Notes under the pieces: generated by a model
What the model saw: the letters and a program-made list of their open reading frames with translations, nothing else
Told to the model about the DNA's origin: nothing
Databases searched by the model: none
Shown: one piece after another, positions 28,181 through 40,814 of the stretch
Layout of the letters: each line of letters begins with the position of its first letter
Numbering within the stretch: the stretch's first letter is position 1
Source of the DNA: Epiperipatus broadwayi
Taxonomy: Eukaryota; Animalia; Onychophora
NCBI GenBank assembly: GCA_028023455.1
Contig: JAQFVV010000003.1
Span: forward strand, 9,424,001 to 9,488,000
Direction: 5' to 3'
Length of the DNA stretch: 64,000 nt
Position numbers and translations under genes: made by a program

Positions 28181-28252
28181 TTGCGAACAGAAATGATTAA
28201 CAGATTACCGTCATCTATGGAAATGACTGTAAAAACGCATTATGATAACATG
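28181..28252 (+). CDS. CACNA2D: alpha2/delta exon (LRTEMINRLPSSMEMTVKTHYDNM)
   Basis: ttttag|72 nt|gtaagt, phase 0-0. Matches the alpha2delta LR..MIN...G...V..H.D.M motif. Confidence 0.88.
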
Positions 28253-29829
28253 GTAAGTATATATGTATGTGTGTGAATCTGTGTCGTATATATGTATACG
28301 TATATAAAATCTATGTATATATTTCTGTTTTTGTTTATGTATTATATCAATTCATCTTAAAAGCAGCATATTTTTAGCACATTGACAATTACAGTTATTT
28401 AAATAAATATACAATTGATTATTAATCATTCTGTATAAGGGCAGAAAATATTTTATCTCATTAATTCTGATATAAACTTAATTTTTTATTAAAGATTAAA
28501 CATATTTTTTTAATATTATTTATAAACTCAAAATTCTATTTTATGTATGTTTAATAAATAACTTATTCTAACATATTTAAACATATAAAAAATGGACTAG
28601 AGATTATCCACATAATAAATAATATGTCTGTAGTGTAATTTTCACTACACCACTCTCACATAAGGTACGGACTGGTTTTTATCCACTCCACAAGATATTA
28701 AAAGAGATAGAATTATAAATTATGAAATATTTTAATGTCAATTTGAAATCAAAACAAAAGCTAATCCCAATGCCATATTTTAGCTAAGATTTTTCTTGGC
28801 TGGTGCTTAAAATAGGTTTGAATATCTTTCTTTTAATTAAACTGAAAGAGCATACCAAATTGCCTGCATTATTCTAAGAATATAAAAAACAACAAAAACA
28901 TTAGTTGATTGTTTATGAAAAATGAGCTGTATAAATTATGTATTCAAAATAAGAGGAAAACATTTTTCAAATATGAGAAATTGTTTAATAGAAATAATAT
29001 CTTGAAATAAGTTGAAAAAAAAAAAAATGTAGTGAACATTATGATAAGTAAAGGGTTTAGAATTTGAATAAAATGGTGCTCAGAGATTTATTTTTGGATA
29101 AGCAGCTATTTTTATACTACTACAATAGATATCTGAAAATTAATTAATATTTAATTGATTTACTAAATTGAGATATTCATAGAAAAATCTATAAAAACAT
29201 TCCTTTCACTTATGAGACAAAAGATTTAATAAGTCAATAGTGGCTGTTACAGCCTTAAAAGAAGGATTTATGCGTTTTAGCTCTGATGATGATAAAAAAT
29301 TATTTGGTATAGATTAAGTTCAAGGCATCTTTATAAATGAGATGATAGGTTGCACTAATTAATACTTGATTAAATGAAGAATCATAAATGTATTATTTGA
29401 GCAATGAGTTTTAATTTATTTATTTTAATGTTCATTCAACACATTCAAGGGTGCTAATAAATTATCAAACTACTTAGGATGTCATTAGTGATTCAAACTT
29501 GCAAGGTGGAGTGTAGTAGATTTGGTGGAAATGGCTTTATTCTGTTATTATATTTGGTGTTCAATAATATAATGATTTATTTTAACTTTGATATAGTTGG
29601 GTGAAATATCTTAGAAATTAGAATGGCATAAGTCTTAAAAATAGAAGCATTTCTCCTTAGAAAGTTGTTATAGTTATGACTTATACGGCTGTGGCAAGAA
29701 AACCATTGTTTATTATGAATAAATGGAATGTTTATAAGGCTTTTAAATATCTAAAAGAAATCATCCAAAAACTAGAATAATTGTAACACCAAGATATGGC
29801 AAACAAAAAAATCTTTTACTTGCTTCCCA

Positions 29830-30420
29830 CACTATTGGTCATCTCTCTGCACTAACTGTAGCAATGGAATTGTATGTTTGTAAAGCCATCATAAGCCTAT
29901 CTTATCACTAATCATCTTTCTGAACTAATTCTGGAAATAGGATTATATGTTTATGTAGTCATTATGAGTCATTCATATTATGCATCTTTCTGCACTAACT
30001 TGGGCAGTGAGATTGCATGTTTATGCTTCCATCACAAGGTTTTAATTGTAGGAATGGAATAGTATGTTTTTGCAACTATCATAAACTTATCATGCCTTTG
30101 ATAATCTCAGCACTAATGGTAACAAAGGTGATTGTGTATTTCTTCAACTAATATGAGCCAGCCAAATCATTGGTAATCTCACTGCATCATCTCTTATAAA
30201 AGAATTATGCATTTATGCAACTATCATGAATTTTTTTTTTTGTTAATTGTCTCTCTGTGCTAACTATGGAAGTAGAATTGGGTATTTATGCAACCTTAAT
30301 GAGTCTTTTATATTATTGGACATCTCATTGTAGTAACTGTAGCAATGGGATTGTTGATTTGTGCAACGATCAATAATCTCTCATATCACTGGTCATCTCT
30401 CTGCACTAACTGTAGCAGTG
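29830..30420. repeat. Degenerate tandem array, unit ~70 bp, about 8-9 copies
   Basis: The motif catctctctgcactaactgtagcaatggaattg recurs at roughly 70-bp spacing. Confidence 0.75.
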
Positions 30421-31138
30421 ACTTTTTTGCTTTAGAACAATCATACATTTGAACAACTATACTCCATTGTTTAATTACATTCACAGTAATTCTGACAACT
30501 AATCTTTTTTTTCCTAATTATTTAGTAATGTGTTTTTCTATAATTTTTTTAGGAGATTGTTTCCTAGGGTTAGAATGTCTATGTTCATTTATGAGTTACT
30601 GTTAATGTTGATGATGACTTGTGTTAATTCTAATTAACTTCATTCTCCAAGTAATTCATATAAGAAGAAGCTACAGTGTTTTACAATAGATTTTCAAAAG
30701 TTAATTTATGCAAAAGTATTGGTAAAAAAAATTGTTGTAACCAATGGAGAGCAATACAGATTTGGTGAAAAGATTAGTCATTAATATAATGAAACCATTA
30801 CTAGGTCATGATAATCATTCATTTCAATTCTAAAGCCTCAATGTAAGCATTACATAAAAACATTAAACAATTATGAAATCAGATTTCCATAGTATTTTTT
30901 AGCTGAAGCTGAATTATTTTGACAAAAAGTTCCAATAACATAGACATATGCAGGCATCTATTAAAGCAATGCAAGTACTTAAAAAGAATAAATATAAAAT
31001 TATTCTCACTATGATAAAGATCAACATCATGTTACATATTGATTATATTTACAATCAGTGTATCTTTATTATATGAGTAATTTAGATTAATTTAAATCTT
31101 TTGCTTCTAATTAAAAAAAGTTAGATATTCATTTAATA

Positions 31139-32668
31139 GGTAATAGTATGAATACTGAACCCTACCGTTTGATGGCGCTCTTTTTCGCCCAATGCACATC
31201 AATATACCGATTCATGGGCCATTGGTTTCTTTACAGAATACTACGTAAAAAAAATTTTTTTTTACTCCTTTCTATACATAAAACTTGTATGTTTTTTTTT
31301 TTTGCCTTTTTAATGAACAAACAATTTGCTTTTAGATGGTAGAGGAGGTTGGTTTGCTTTTAAATTATCACCCTTTTTTGGATTTTGAGCTTTTTTTAAA
31401 GCCTTAAATAATTCAGTTTTAATTAATAAACCAACAGTTGGTTTTTAGAGGGTGGAGGGGGTTGGTTTGAATTTTAATTCTCGTCTTTTAGTATCTTTTG
31501 CCAATGTACTGGAAACTTTGCATATTAATTTTAAATGTGTTAGAATATAGAATACATATAAAGAGGTAGATTAACAAAATATATGAATTATTGGAGGGGG
31601 GTTGGTTTGCTTTTAAATTATCGACTTCTTTTTATTGATTTTGAGCTTTTTTTTTGTTGGAAAGCCTTATTAATCAATTCATTTTTAATAAACCAATAGT
31701 TGGTTTTTAGAGGGTGGAGGGGAATTGGTTTGATTTTTAATTATCTTTTATTTTCTTATTATGAGCTGTTTTTTTTTAAATATTTATGCTACCAAAACCT
31801 TTATATGATAGCGAAAAGTTCTTTCTTTATTTTTGGCCTTTTTCAAAAAGCCTTAATTAAACAGTTCATTTTTTAAAAAAAAAAAAACATTTTTTTTTGT
31901 TTAGCGGGGCAGGGAGTTACAGTTTGTTTGACTCCAATAGGAGATGAGCCTCAAAGCTGTAAATAATGGGATTTTGGAGCTGTCCAACCATCTTCCCTTA
32001 CGCAGACCCCAGGTAGGATTGCAGGAGTGGCAACAGAATTCCCAGATCCTGTAGTTGACTAAAACCATGCTCCTTCCACAAACGCATAGCTTTGCATCTG
32101 GCATGATGTTTTTTTTTTTGGAAAAACACAACAGCATCAACTTCTGTGGCCGGCACTTCACTCCCCTTCAACCAATTTTGAACATTTGCCAGCAATATTT
32201 TACTGTTCTCACATGGATTCACATGTAAACATGCATTTGCACATGAAATTGGCAGAACTCTGCTGAAAACCCTAACCTTTTCAGGTTGTGTGCAGTTCAA
32301 AATCATAGGGAAGTGTACGTGATGGCCTAAAAATTCTTAATATGTAATACTAAATCCACTAAGCTTTCTCAAAATTTTTCCACAATGAATTTTTTGATAG
32401 TTTCACATCCTTCAAATATGGCCACCATCAAATCAGACTGTAGCGAGAATTGAATTGCACTCACTTGAGGAATATTGTCACAAGTCAATGGGCATAGTAT
32501 TTTGTTACGTAATCATAGGATACATTGCCCTCTAGATGGCCTGTTATGACTCTAAACAACACTGTTGTAATGTTAGCCATAATTTAGGCCACTAAAATGG
32601 TATATTGATGTGTGTTGTGTGAAAAACAATGCCATCAAGTGGTAAGGTTCAGTATTCATACTATTACC
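31139..32668 (-). mobile_element. Non-autonomous Merlin (IS1016/ISXO2-like) DNA transposon
   Basis: ~70-bp TIRs starting GGTAATAGTATGAATACTGAACC and a perfect 8-bp TSD ATTTAATA (31131-31138 and 32669-32676). The remnant MPDAKLCVCGRSMVLV..WEFCCHSC...LRKGRWLDSSKIPLFTALRLISYW matches the Merlin N-terminal zinc ribbon. The DDE core is deleted and replaced by ~250-bp internal repeats (31340-31900). Confidence 0.88.
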
Positions 32669-33595
32669 ATTTAATATATAAGAATTGAGTTTCATACCTA
32701 AAACAGTTTTCATTTCTGTTTAGTGTGGATAGTTTGAATAAAGATAAATTGACTAACTATTTGATTCAAGCATAAATTTTTGTAATTGCTTTATGTGATT
32801 GTAATTGCCATCCAAAATTTAATCAGTTATAAAAGTAGAATAATAAGTAAGACATAAAAAAGAGATAATTCTATCACTAGCTTAGACAAGAAAGTCAAAT
32901 TTAATGGACAAATGATGCAATAACTAATAGTATAGTTAAAATAATATGAGAAAATTAAAATGAATGTTAATAATAAACCATTCTAGAGTAAGGTGGGAGT
33001 TTTATGAGGAAAATGCACTCAGTAAAGCAGATAAGCTTTATTAATTCAACTTTTTTTTTTTTTTTTACAAATAACAAAATGATACCATTTAAAAAATAAA
33101 AATGTCTTGATATTGCCATAATATTTTATCATTAAGATTCATATTCAGCTTCTCCAAATATCTGGTAGTGTTCATTTTAGAATAACTGAATCTTTAATTT
33201 TAAAAATATTATAGCTAACCATCCACTTATTGATCAGTCAATGAGTATCTAATTATTTAGCTAGACAGCAGTAAAAGTATGAAAAATGCAATTTTTCTAC
33301 TAATAAATTAAATACTAAATAACATTAAGAGCTTCAGTGATCATTTTATAATTTATTTCTGAACATATAGATTAATATGATTTATAATTACTAGTCTGTT
33401 AACAAATTTACATGAATAGGTTTGTAAACAATGGTAGTCTTCTAACTATGATTGTTATCATATGGTCATACTAAATTCAAACAAGTTTTTTTATTTATCA
33501 AATATGCATGTATATGCATGCAACAAAATTTATATAATTTAAAAATTATTGTTTAAATTATTAATAATATTTAGTATTAAATTTTTTTTTTACAG

Positions 33596-33657
33596 AAAAG
33601 AATTGCAATTCGAAATCAAAAATATTACTACGAGGGAATCATAAAGACTCCCTTTAC
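33596..33657 (+). CDS. CACNA2D: alpha2/delta exon (KRIAIRNQKYYYEGIIKTPFT)
   Basis: ttttacag|62 nt|gtaagt, phase 0-2. Matches the KRV....YYY..I.GTPFSL motif of alpha2delta. Confidence 0.92.
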
Positions 33658-34167
33658 GTAAGTAACTATTTGAATAGAACATTATTTAACAAAAAGAGTA
33701 TATACATCAATGTATCTGACATAAGCTTTAATTTTGTAAAGTTAGCAAAATTTATCTAGTCCCCTTTTGACTAATTAATTGTACTAGTCCAGAAAATTGA
33801 ATATTCTTTAGCTGTTTTATAATATTTATTTTACTAAAATAAAATAATTATAATATTTTGTCTCTTAATTAATTAGTCATTTATTTTTTTACATTTTCTT
33901 ATCTATTTTTGACTATTTATTAATCTACCTCTTTTTTTTTTCTTTGCTTTATCTTGTTTTCCACTTACTTTTTCCTATTTACATCTTTTTATGTGATAGA
34001 TTGAGCAGTTTTTAGGGGTTAAGATTTAATTTACATTTGTGTTTATAGTTTGCTGGATTTGATTTTAAATTAATCTATCAGTATATTCCTATTATTTTCT
34101 TTATAAATTATTTGCATTTTAATATAAAATGAAATTGATAATGTTGTATGTTAACTAAAAATTTTCT

Positions 34168-34654
34168 AACTGAAACACAGGCTTATTATATACCTGGGTC
34201 TATATATGTATAGAGGGTATATGAGCACAGACTTCCACATGACCCATTACTCTCCACCCTATCTCATAACACTGATACACTTGAACACATATATGTCAAA
34301 AAGATAAATAATCACCTTTGAGCATTCCATCATCAGATTTTCAATTGGATGGACCGTTGAAGAGCTGGAGTAGATTGAAGCCTGTCCATTAAAATATGAA
34401 GATTGGCTATCTTAATATATATCTGAGTACTTCTAGCATATATGTGTGGAAATGGTAATCTGGACCAACTGATGATTGCTGGTTTAACATGAAATACCTA
34501 TATTGGTGATTATTTATCTTTTTGACATATATGTGTTCGAGTGTATCAGTGTTATGAGATAGAATGGTGATTGGTGGGTTGTGTGAAAGTCTGCTCATAT
34601 ATCCTATATATTACATATATAGACACAGGTATATAATAAGCCTGTGTTTCAGTT
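34168..34654 (+). mobile_element. Hammerhead-bearing small element (family H), fold-back copy
   Basis: 149-bp inverted arms (34168-34316 and 34505-34654) around a 5'-truncated sense copy. Core at 34469: CTGATGA ttgct ggttt aacat GAAA tacctat a ttggt. Confidence 0.85.
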
Positions 34655-34741
34655 ATTACATAGTAGAGATGTCTGTCCACCCCTTGTATATGTAATAAAT
34701 GGATTATGTCCTGTACATAAGGAGTCAGAGTGACCAGAGGT

Positions 34742-35076
34742 CAACATGGGTGTGACAAGAATCTCAGCCTCAGGGTGGCCTGTGAGCATTCCATCATCAG
34801 ATTTTCAATTATATGAATGGTTGAAGAATTGGGGTGTGGAGTAGATTGAAGCCTGTCCATTAAAGTATGAGGTTTGGCTATCTTAATATATATCTGAGCA
34901 CTTACAATGTATATGTGTGGAGATGGTAATCTGGACCAACTGATGATTGCTGGTTTAGCATAAAATATGTATATTGGTGATTATTTATCTTTTCGACATA
35001 TATGTGTTCAAGTGTATTAGTGTTATGAAATAGAGTGGAGGGTGGTGGTCATGTGAAAATCTACTCTATATATTAA
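34742..35076 (+). mobile_element. Hammerhead-bearing small element (family H)
   Basis: Full-length match to 23622-23992. Hammerhead at 34921-34990 with intact stem I, but GAAA is mutated to AAAA. Confidence 0.8.
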
Positions 35077-35362
35077 AATTTTTCACTACAAATGGAATTT
35101 CTGCTGAATTTAATGCAGTGATAGAATAGAAAACTCAAAGATTAGGTTGATTCTCAGATGATTAAGTAAAAAAAAAAATCTCAGTTTGGTCCATTGAAAT
35201 AAACTGTTTTGGTGAATATGCCATTTGATGATATTCCATTACTTCATGAAAAAGGAATCATGCAATTATTTATATAAATGGATAATTGTTCTATGTATTT
35301 TAAAATAGAAGACAAATGAGGAAGTCATAAGCTATAGGTTTTGAATCAAAACAAACTATCAC

Positions 35363-35648
35363 TTCTGGTTTTATTTTTATATTGGACTATTTCCATCATC
35401 TAATATGTGTATTGAATGTCTTTAGAAAAATTTAACTTTATTTAAATATTCCAAATACATTCAACTGTTAGTAATAGCACATCACACAGGTTAGTATATG
35501 CACAATGTTTTGAGAGGTATTATTCTCCCCTCTTCTTTAGATATTGCTAACCTGACCAGTGACAGTACTTGTATGTGATTCAAACCTGGGTCCCTAGATT
35601 CTTGATTATTGAATTTTTAAGGTAATGCTCTTACCAACTGAGCCATCT
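35363..35648 (-). mobile_element. tRNA-derived SINE (antisense copy)
   Basis: Reverse complement of 35765-36045. A-box tggctcagttggtaagagc and B-box-like ggtttgaatc. Confidence 0.8.
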
Positions 35649-35764
35649 TTCTAAAGGCAACAATCAGTAGAAATTTCATATTCTTATCTATGAGGTTCCT
35701 CCTGATTTTGTCACTTTTTCTTAAGAGCAAAGTTGATTAGTGGTTTCCATACATTATGTATGCA

Positions 35765-36045
35765 GGATGACTCAGTTGGTTAGAGCATTACATTAAAATT
35801 CAAGAATCTAAGGGCCCATGTTCGAATCCCATGCAAGTACTGTCACTGGTCAGGCCAGCAACACCTGAAGAAGAGGGGAGAATAATATCTCTTAAAACAT
35901 TGTGCATATACTAACCTGTGTGATGTGCTATTTTTAACAGTTGAAGGTATTTGGAATATTTAAATAAAGTTAACTTTTTCTAAAAACATTCAATACGCAT
36001 ATTAGACCATATCAGACGATGGAAATAGTCTACTATAAAAATACA
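35765..36045 (+). mobile_element. tRNA-derived SINE with hammerhead-like tail
   Basis: A-box tgactcagttggttagagc and B-box gttcgaatccc (35820-35830). These are followed by CTGAAGA-A-GAGGGG-agaataata-tCTCT-taaaacattgtg at 35865-35903. Confidence 0.8.
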
Positions 36046-36453
36046 ACTAGAACACCATCGTCACAAACCTTCAGGAAAACACTATCACTTCTGGTATATA
36101 AACTTTAGATGATCTTTCAAGAAACTAATCATTAGATTTTTATATTATGTGTATGGTTTAATGCAGCATTTAAATGAAGAACTTAAGAACTAAAAGTTCC
36201 TTTATAAAAGTGAGCCACTAATTATTATTTTTTTTTATTGCAATAAATAAATAATTGAATGATTACTGCTTGAAAGTTCAAAACACATCTGTCTACTTTA
36301 AATGTCTGAGCTGAGCCTAACTATGCAGGCATTTACTTTCAATTTTTTTATTGTTTTATTAATGGCAAAATAAATCAAATATATATATTTTTTCTACTTT
36401 TTTTTTTATTAAAAAAAACCCACAATAATTAAGTTTATTTTATTATTTTACAG

Positions 36454-36527
36454 CTTGGGACTTGCATTTGCTAGTGATTATGGATTTTATGAAGTAGCAG
36501 GGAAAAAAAAAGTAGATGAAATTGCAA
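36454..36527 (+). CDS. CACNA2D: alpha2/delta exon (LGLAFASDYGFYEVAGKKKVDEIA)
   Basis: ttttacag|74 nt|gtaagt, phase 2-1, frame-compatible with the previous exon. Matches SLG.ALP..YG.Y.V.G. Confidence 0.92.
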
Positions 36528-36580
36528 GTAAGTTTTATAAAAACTTATTTAAATATTGAAGGTATGTATATAGCGAATGA

Positions 36581-37480
36581 TTTAAGTTATAGAAACCTTT
36601 TTGAGTCTATTTATTTTCTAACACTTGATGATGATGTTCATTTTCCATTAATGCATTACAGTTAGATTGGCTGGGGATGATTTTGCAAATGAATTTCAGT
36701 CTGTGGTCATACAATGGTAACAAACTAGGATTAGTTAGATATTAGTTGGTCAGAACTCCATTTTCAGCAGCAGAGGACAGATCTAGCAATGACAGACATA
36801 TTGCATCTTTAGCCTCCCATTGGAAATATTATAATGCTATTTTTGAAGGCTTCATAATGTTAGATATCTCAGATATTGGTTTTCTTAGATTTGATATCAA
36901 TCACTCTGGTGATTTCCAGATTTTAAATGTCTGGAGACTGATTAACTTCTTTAGAGAAAACAGATGAAAAAATGAATCAATTAACAACTGAATTAATAAC
37001 CTGCATTAACCAAAAGTGAATTAAATGCAGCTGACCCAGTTATATATACCACTCTAATTAGTAACTGCTGTTTTTCCATAAGCACCATTTCTTTAATTTA
37101 ATTAATTATTTTTTTTCATGCCTAAGCATGTGGCATCTTTTGCTGCTATGCAACAAAGTCTGTTTTTAAATTGTTATTACAAACAAATTCTTATATTTTT
37201 TTTTATTACAAAGGTTTTTTTAAATTTTAACAAATGAAGATTTAAAAAAAACATATTTTTATAATATGCACTTTTGAAGTTTTATAAAATGTGTCTGCTA
37301 TCAAAAATGCATATTTTTCATCTACAATTTCTTTCAAATAATATTTCACTTTTTTTTTCTGGTTAAACTTTTAATCAATTTTGACCAAAAAATAAAAAAA
37401 CTAATTTCATTTAATACAACTTCATTTCAATACACTTTATGCATATATATAAACTTTATATTATTGAATGGTACAATAAT
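36581..37480. repeat. Unclassified ~0.9-kb dispersed repeat, copy 1
   Basis: Collinear with 40815-41745, roughly 75-80% identical by eye. Contains a coding-like core. Confidence 0.85.
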
Positions 37481-38299
37481 CTCCTATCTAATGAGGAACA
37501 AAATAGAGTCAATATTCTATTCAATGACACATTCATCATTTATGATAGATTTTGTTTCTAATGCAATTTTTGTTACCACATTTAGCCAACTTTTTTTGGA
37601 TTTTTTTAAGGAAAAAGAAAAATGCAAGTGTATGCATAACTCTAACAACCATCAGCCACTTGATGTGAATCATGTTAATATGTCTATTCCATCCAGTTGT
37701 ACAAATTTCAAAGTACGAACAAGCAAGATTATTGCCAATCATGCTCTTATATATGAATGCTATCCAAGGACTTTTTGATTTGGTAAAGTATACATTTTTC
37801 AGGAAATTTTCAACTAACATGAAATACTTAAGGTATACTTTTTCTTTCTACTAGCAATCTTAGTGAATCCAGAAATCTTTTATTTGTGTTGCCCAGAACA
37901 TATAAGAATAAGCCATTCCCTTATCTTTTAAATTTTTTTATTTACTTATGATATTTTGGGATTATGAGAGTAACATTACAGTGACCCAGTGCTATTCATA
38001 AATCTCTAAATAGACAGACAGACTAGACACACACACCAACCCCACACAACGTCAAAGTTATTAACATTATTATGATCATTTATATCCTTACACTCTTCCT
38101 AAAATTTCTCAATATCTCTTTGAAATCTACCAGAATTATCATAGGATAGATCCATGATCACAAACCTAATATGCCATGCATATCAACTAAACTAATGCTA
38201 TCTTTGTTGTAGCTAGTTGACGACTCATGTGATGGTGATTCTTGAATGGCTCCTTTTCCCTCCATCTAATATCCAGTTATTTTTCTAGAGATATGCCTT

Positions 38300-39900
38300 T
38301 ATTTTGAGGGCTTTTACAAGATGATGGTAAATGTTGATTATTTATATTATATAAATTATCACTGGTAATATTGGAGCTACTTCCAGTCTAACAGATAATC
38401 CAGATTTTTTTTGGAACTGATAGTTGACCTCCTCTTTTTACATTTAATACCATGGTGGTGGTTATCATCCTCTTTTCTATATCTTTATTGCATTCACTTG
38501 TTGATTATTTTTTTGTATGGAAACTTGTTATGGAGTTTGAAACCTGTTTCTTCATTAGCAGACTTATTGCTGTCAAAAACACTGAGTAGATCAGTCACTT
38601 GCTCATTGATCTTAAAATTAGTGTCAATCAACATTTGGTCTATATGACTAAGGAAGCTATGCCTCACTATCCAAATTTATCTGATTTTTGGTCAATGGAC
38701 CAACTGTTAAAGCTCTACGTTTGGCCATTTGCCTCCTAAAAAATGGAGTGTATGGCCTACCAGATTGACATCTCCAGAGACACCTGGTACTTGATACCCT
38801 CTTGATAATCTTCACTCCAATAACATTGTAAGATTGTTTAATTATATTCTTAAAAAATGATTGGGCTTTTTAAATAATGATTCTCACCCAGCTTGGGATG
38901 CCACTTACAGGTGACTAGCTGCTATAGCCAGCTTAGCCTCCAGTGTTATAAGATTGATGCTTAAGTACCTCTCTAAACTACTAAGGTACTCTAGAGTAGC
39001 TTCACCAATGTAACCAGAAAAAAAAATTATTTTTAAAAATTAGTTCACAATATTGGAAGCATAATCATAATCTGTTTGAATCTGTTTTTATTCTTGTATT
39101 CTCATTATTAGGTTGTGTATCATTCTGTTACTTTTTATTTTTTGTTTACTTATGACCTTTATTTTGAATATTTCTATCTGTTTTTCAAGTCAAATGACTT
39201 CTTTTTGCATTTTCATTATTGCCTCATTGTTCTCATGGAGCACCATCTTCATAGTATTTTTGAGCTCTTTTCCACTAGCTCAAACCTCATTGTTTTCATT
39301 TTTATTTTTTTTTGCTTCTTCATTGACTTTATTTTTTTCAATCTTATTATTAAGATTGACCAATTGTTATCCATCCTGGTCATAGCATCAATTTCATATT
39401 TGAACTGGTCTTGATCATTTTTTATTTCTTTGGCCAATTCATCTAATTTCTTATCAATATTTTTTGACCCTATGTTCCAATTATTAAATTATTTCATCAT
39501 TGTTATTGATCATCTCTTTATTTGTTTTGGCCATTTCATCCATTTTTTGGATTATTTGGAGTTTTTTGAATGTGTCCATTATCATGGCACAACTGACCCT
39601 GTCCATTTCATATTAACTGATTTCTGTTTATCATCTTTTCCATTTTGATTACCCATTTTATTATTTATAAATTCATTTTTAAAATTACTTTTTGTTGTTC
39701 ATTATCATAATCTAATATTTGCTTCTTACTATTTTACTTTCAAAACATATAAGTAGTACATCTGTCAACCTCCCCATTCTACTGCTTTGACTGTTCTTTG
39801 TTCCTCTTGTTATTACTATATCTGCATATCCTACATTTAGCTGCCTATATTTATTTATCTGTATCTACCAACTCCATTTTTATTCATTTATAATTATTAA
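38300..39900 (-). mobile_element. Decayed retrotransposon gag-like relic
   Basis: Coiled-coil-like ORF 39249..39437. At ~38890-39010 it reads LEYLSSLERYLSIN...EAKLAIAASHL, resembling a retrotransposon gag domain. Confidence 0.4.
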
Positions 39901-40814
39901 TACTTGGATAAATTATTTTCAGCTTGATTATTTATTTTTCTCCCTTAAAAAAGAAAAACAATTTTTACATCTATCTGTTTCTCCTCATTTATTTATATAG
40001 AATGGAAAAGAAAAATTCTTTTAAGAAATAAAAAAAATTGTTTTCCCTTTTTCTTTTTTTTTACTAACAAGTGATTATTATTTATTAATTTTTTATTATT
40101 AGCTCATCTCAGGTTATGTCTTTATTTGTCATTCCACATTGGGCACTAATGAACTGTTCCTCCCCAATTGTACATCAAGTTTTAATAATTGTACTAGATT
40201 ACCAGTTACTTAGGGTTATTTAAGTCTCTAATATATTTTTGGAAAGTAATCAAATTATGGTCTCCAACAAACAATCATTGATGGAAGATAGTAAAAGCAA
40301 CAATTATATTTTCTGATTATCTTTAAATCTCCCCTGTTTGCCTAGGCTTCAATAATTCTTGTTTTAAACAACAATTATTCTTAACTAAAGCAGCTTATAG
40401 TATGGATGCCAGTGTCAATGTGAAATTCATTAACACACTGCTTTAGGAAGAAAAAACATGATTTAATATTCGTAATTAATATTTCCATTCAACCTTTTAT
40501 TGTTTGTTTAAAGACAGTTATAAAATTATTAACTAGTGTAGAGTCATGGAAGGAAACTGTTGAGATTTTAGACATTAATAGAACTACATATTGTCAATCT
40601 CGTTTCTGTGCTTCCACAACATATATATTAAAAAAAGTAATAATTTATGGATGCATAAAAATATTAATTAACATAAGGTATTTATAAGATAAAACAATAT
40701 ATTTAGGTAGTTTAATAGTTGTTCAAAATTTAAAATTTTTCTACAGTATTATAAAAAACCTTTTTATTAAATAATTACTTATTAGGAAAATTATAAATGG
40801 CTTATTGATCACAT

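Noticed and set aside
23074-29300. CTGATGA matches at ~23074 and ~29283
   Set aside because: No stem II or GAAA downstream, so these are chance matches.
29830-30420. CRISPR-like array
   Set aside because: Eukaryotic context, the whole unit is degenerate rather than constant repeat plus unique spacer, and there are no cas genes.
35765-35840. tRNA gene
   Set aside because: A- and B-boxes are present, but there is no cloverleaf acceptor stem or anticodon arm, and it is fused to a longer repeat. It is a SINE head.
37620-37700. QPLDV motif suggesting a pogo DDE remnant
   Set aside because: A single five-residue match without flanking motifs.
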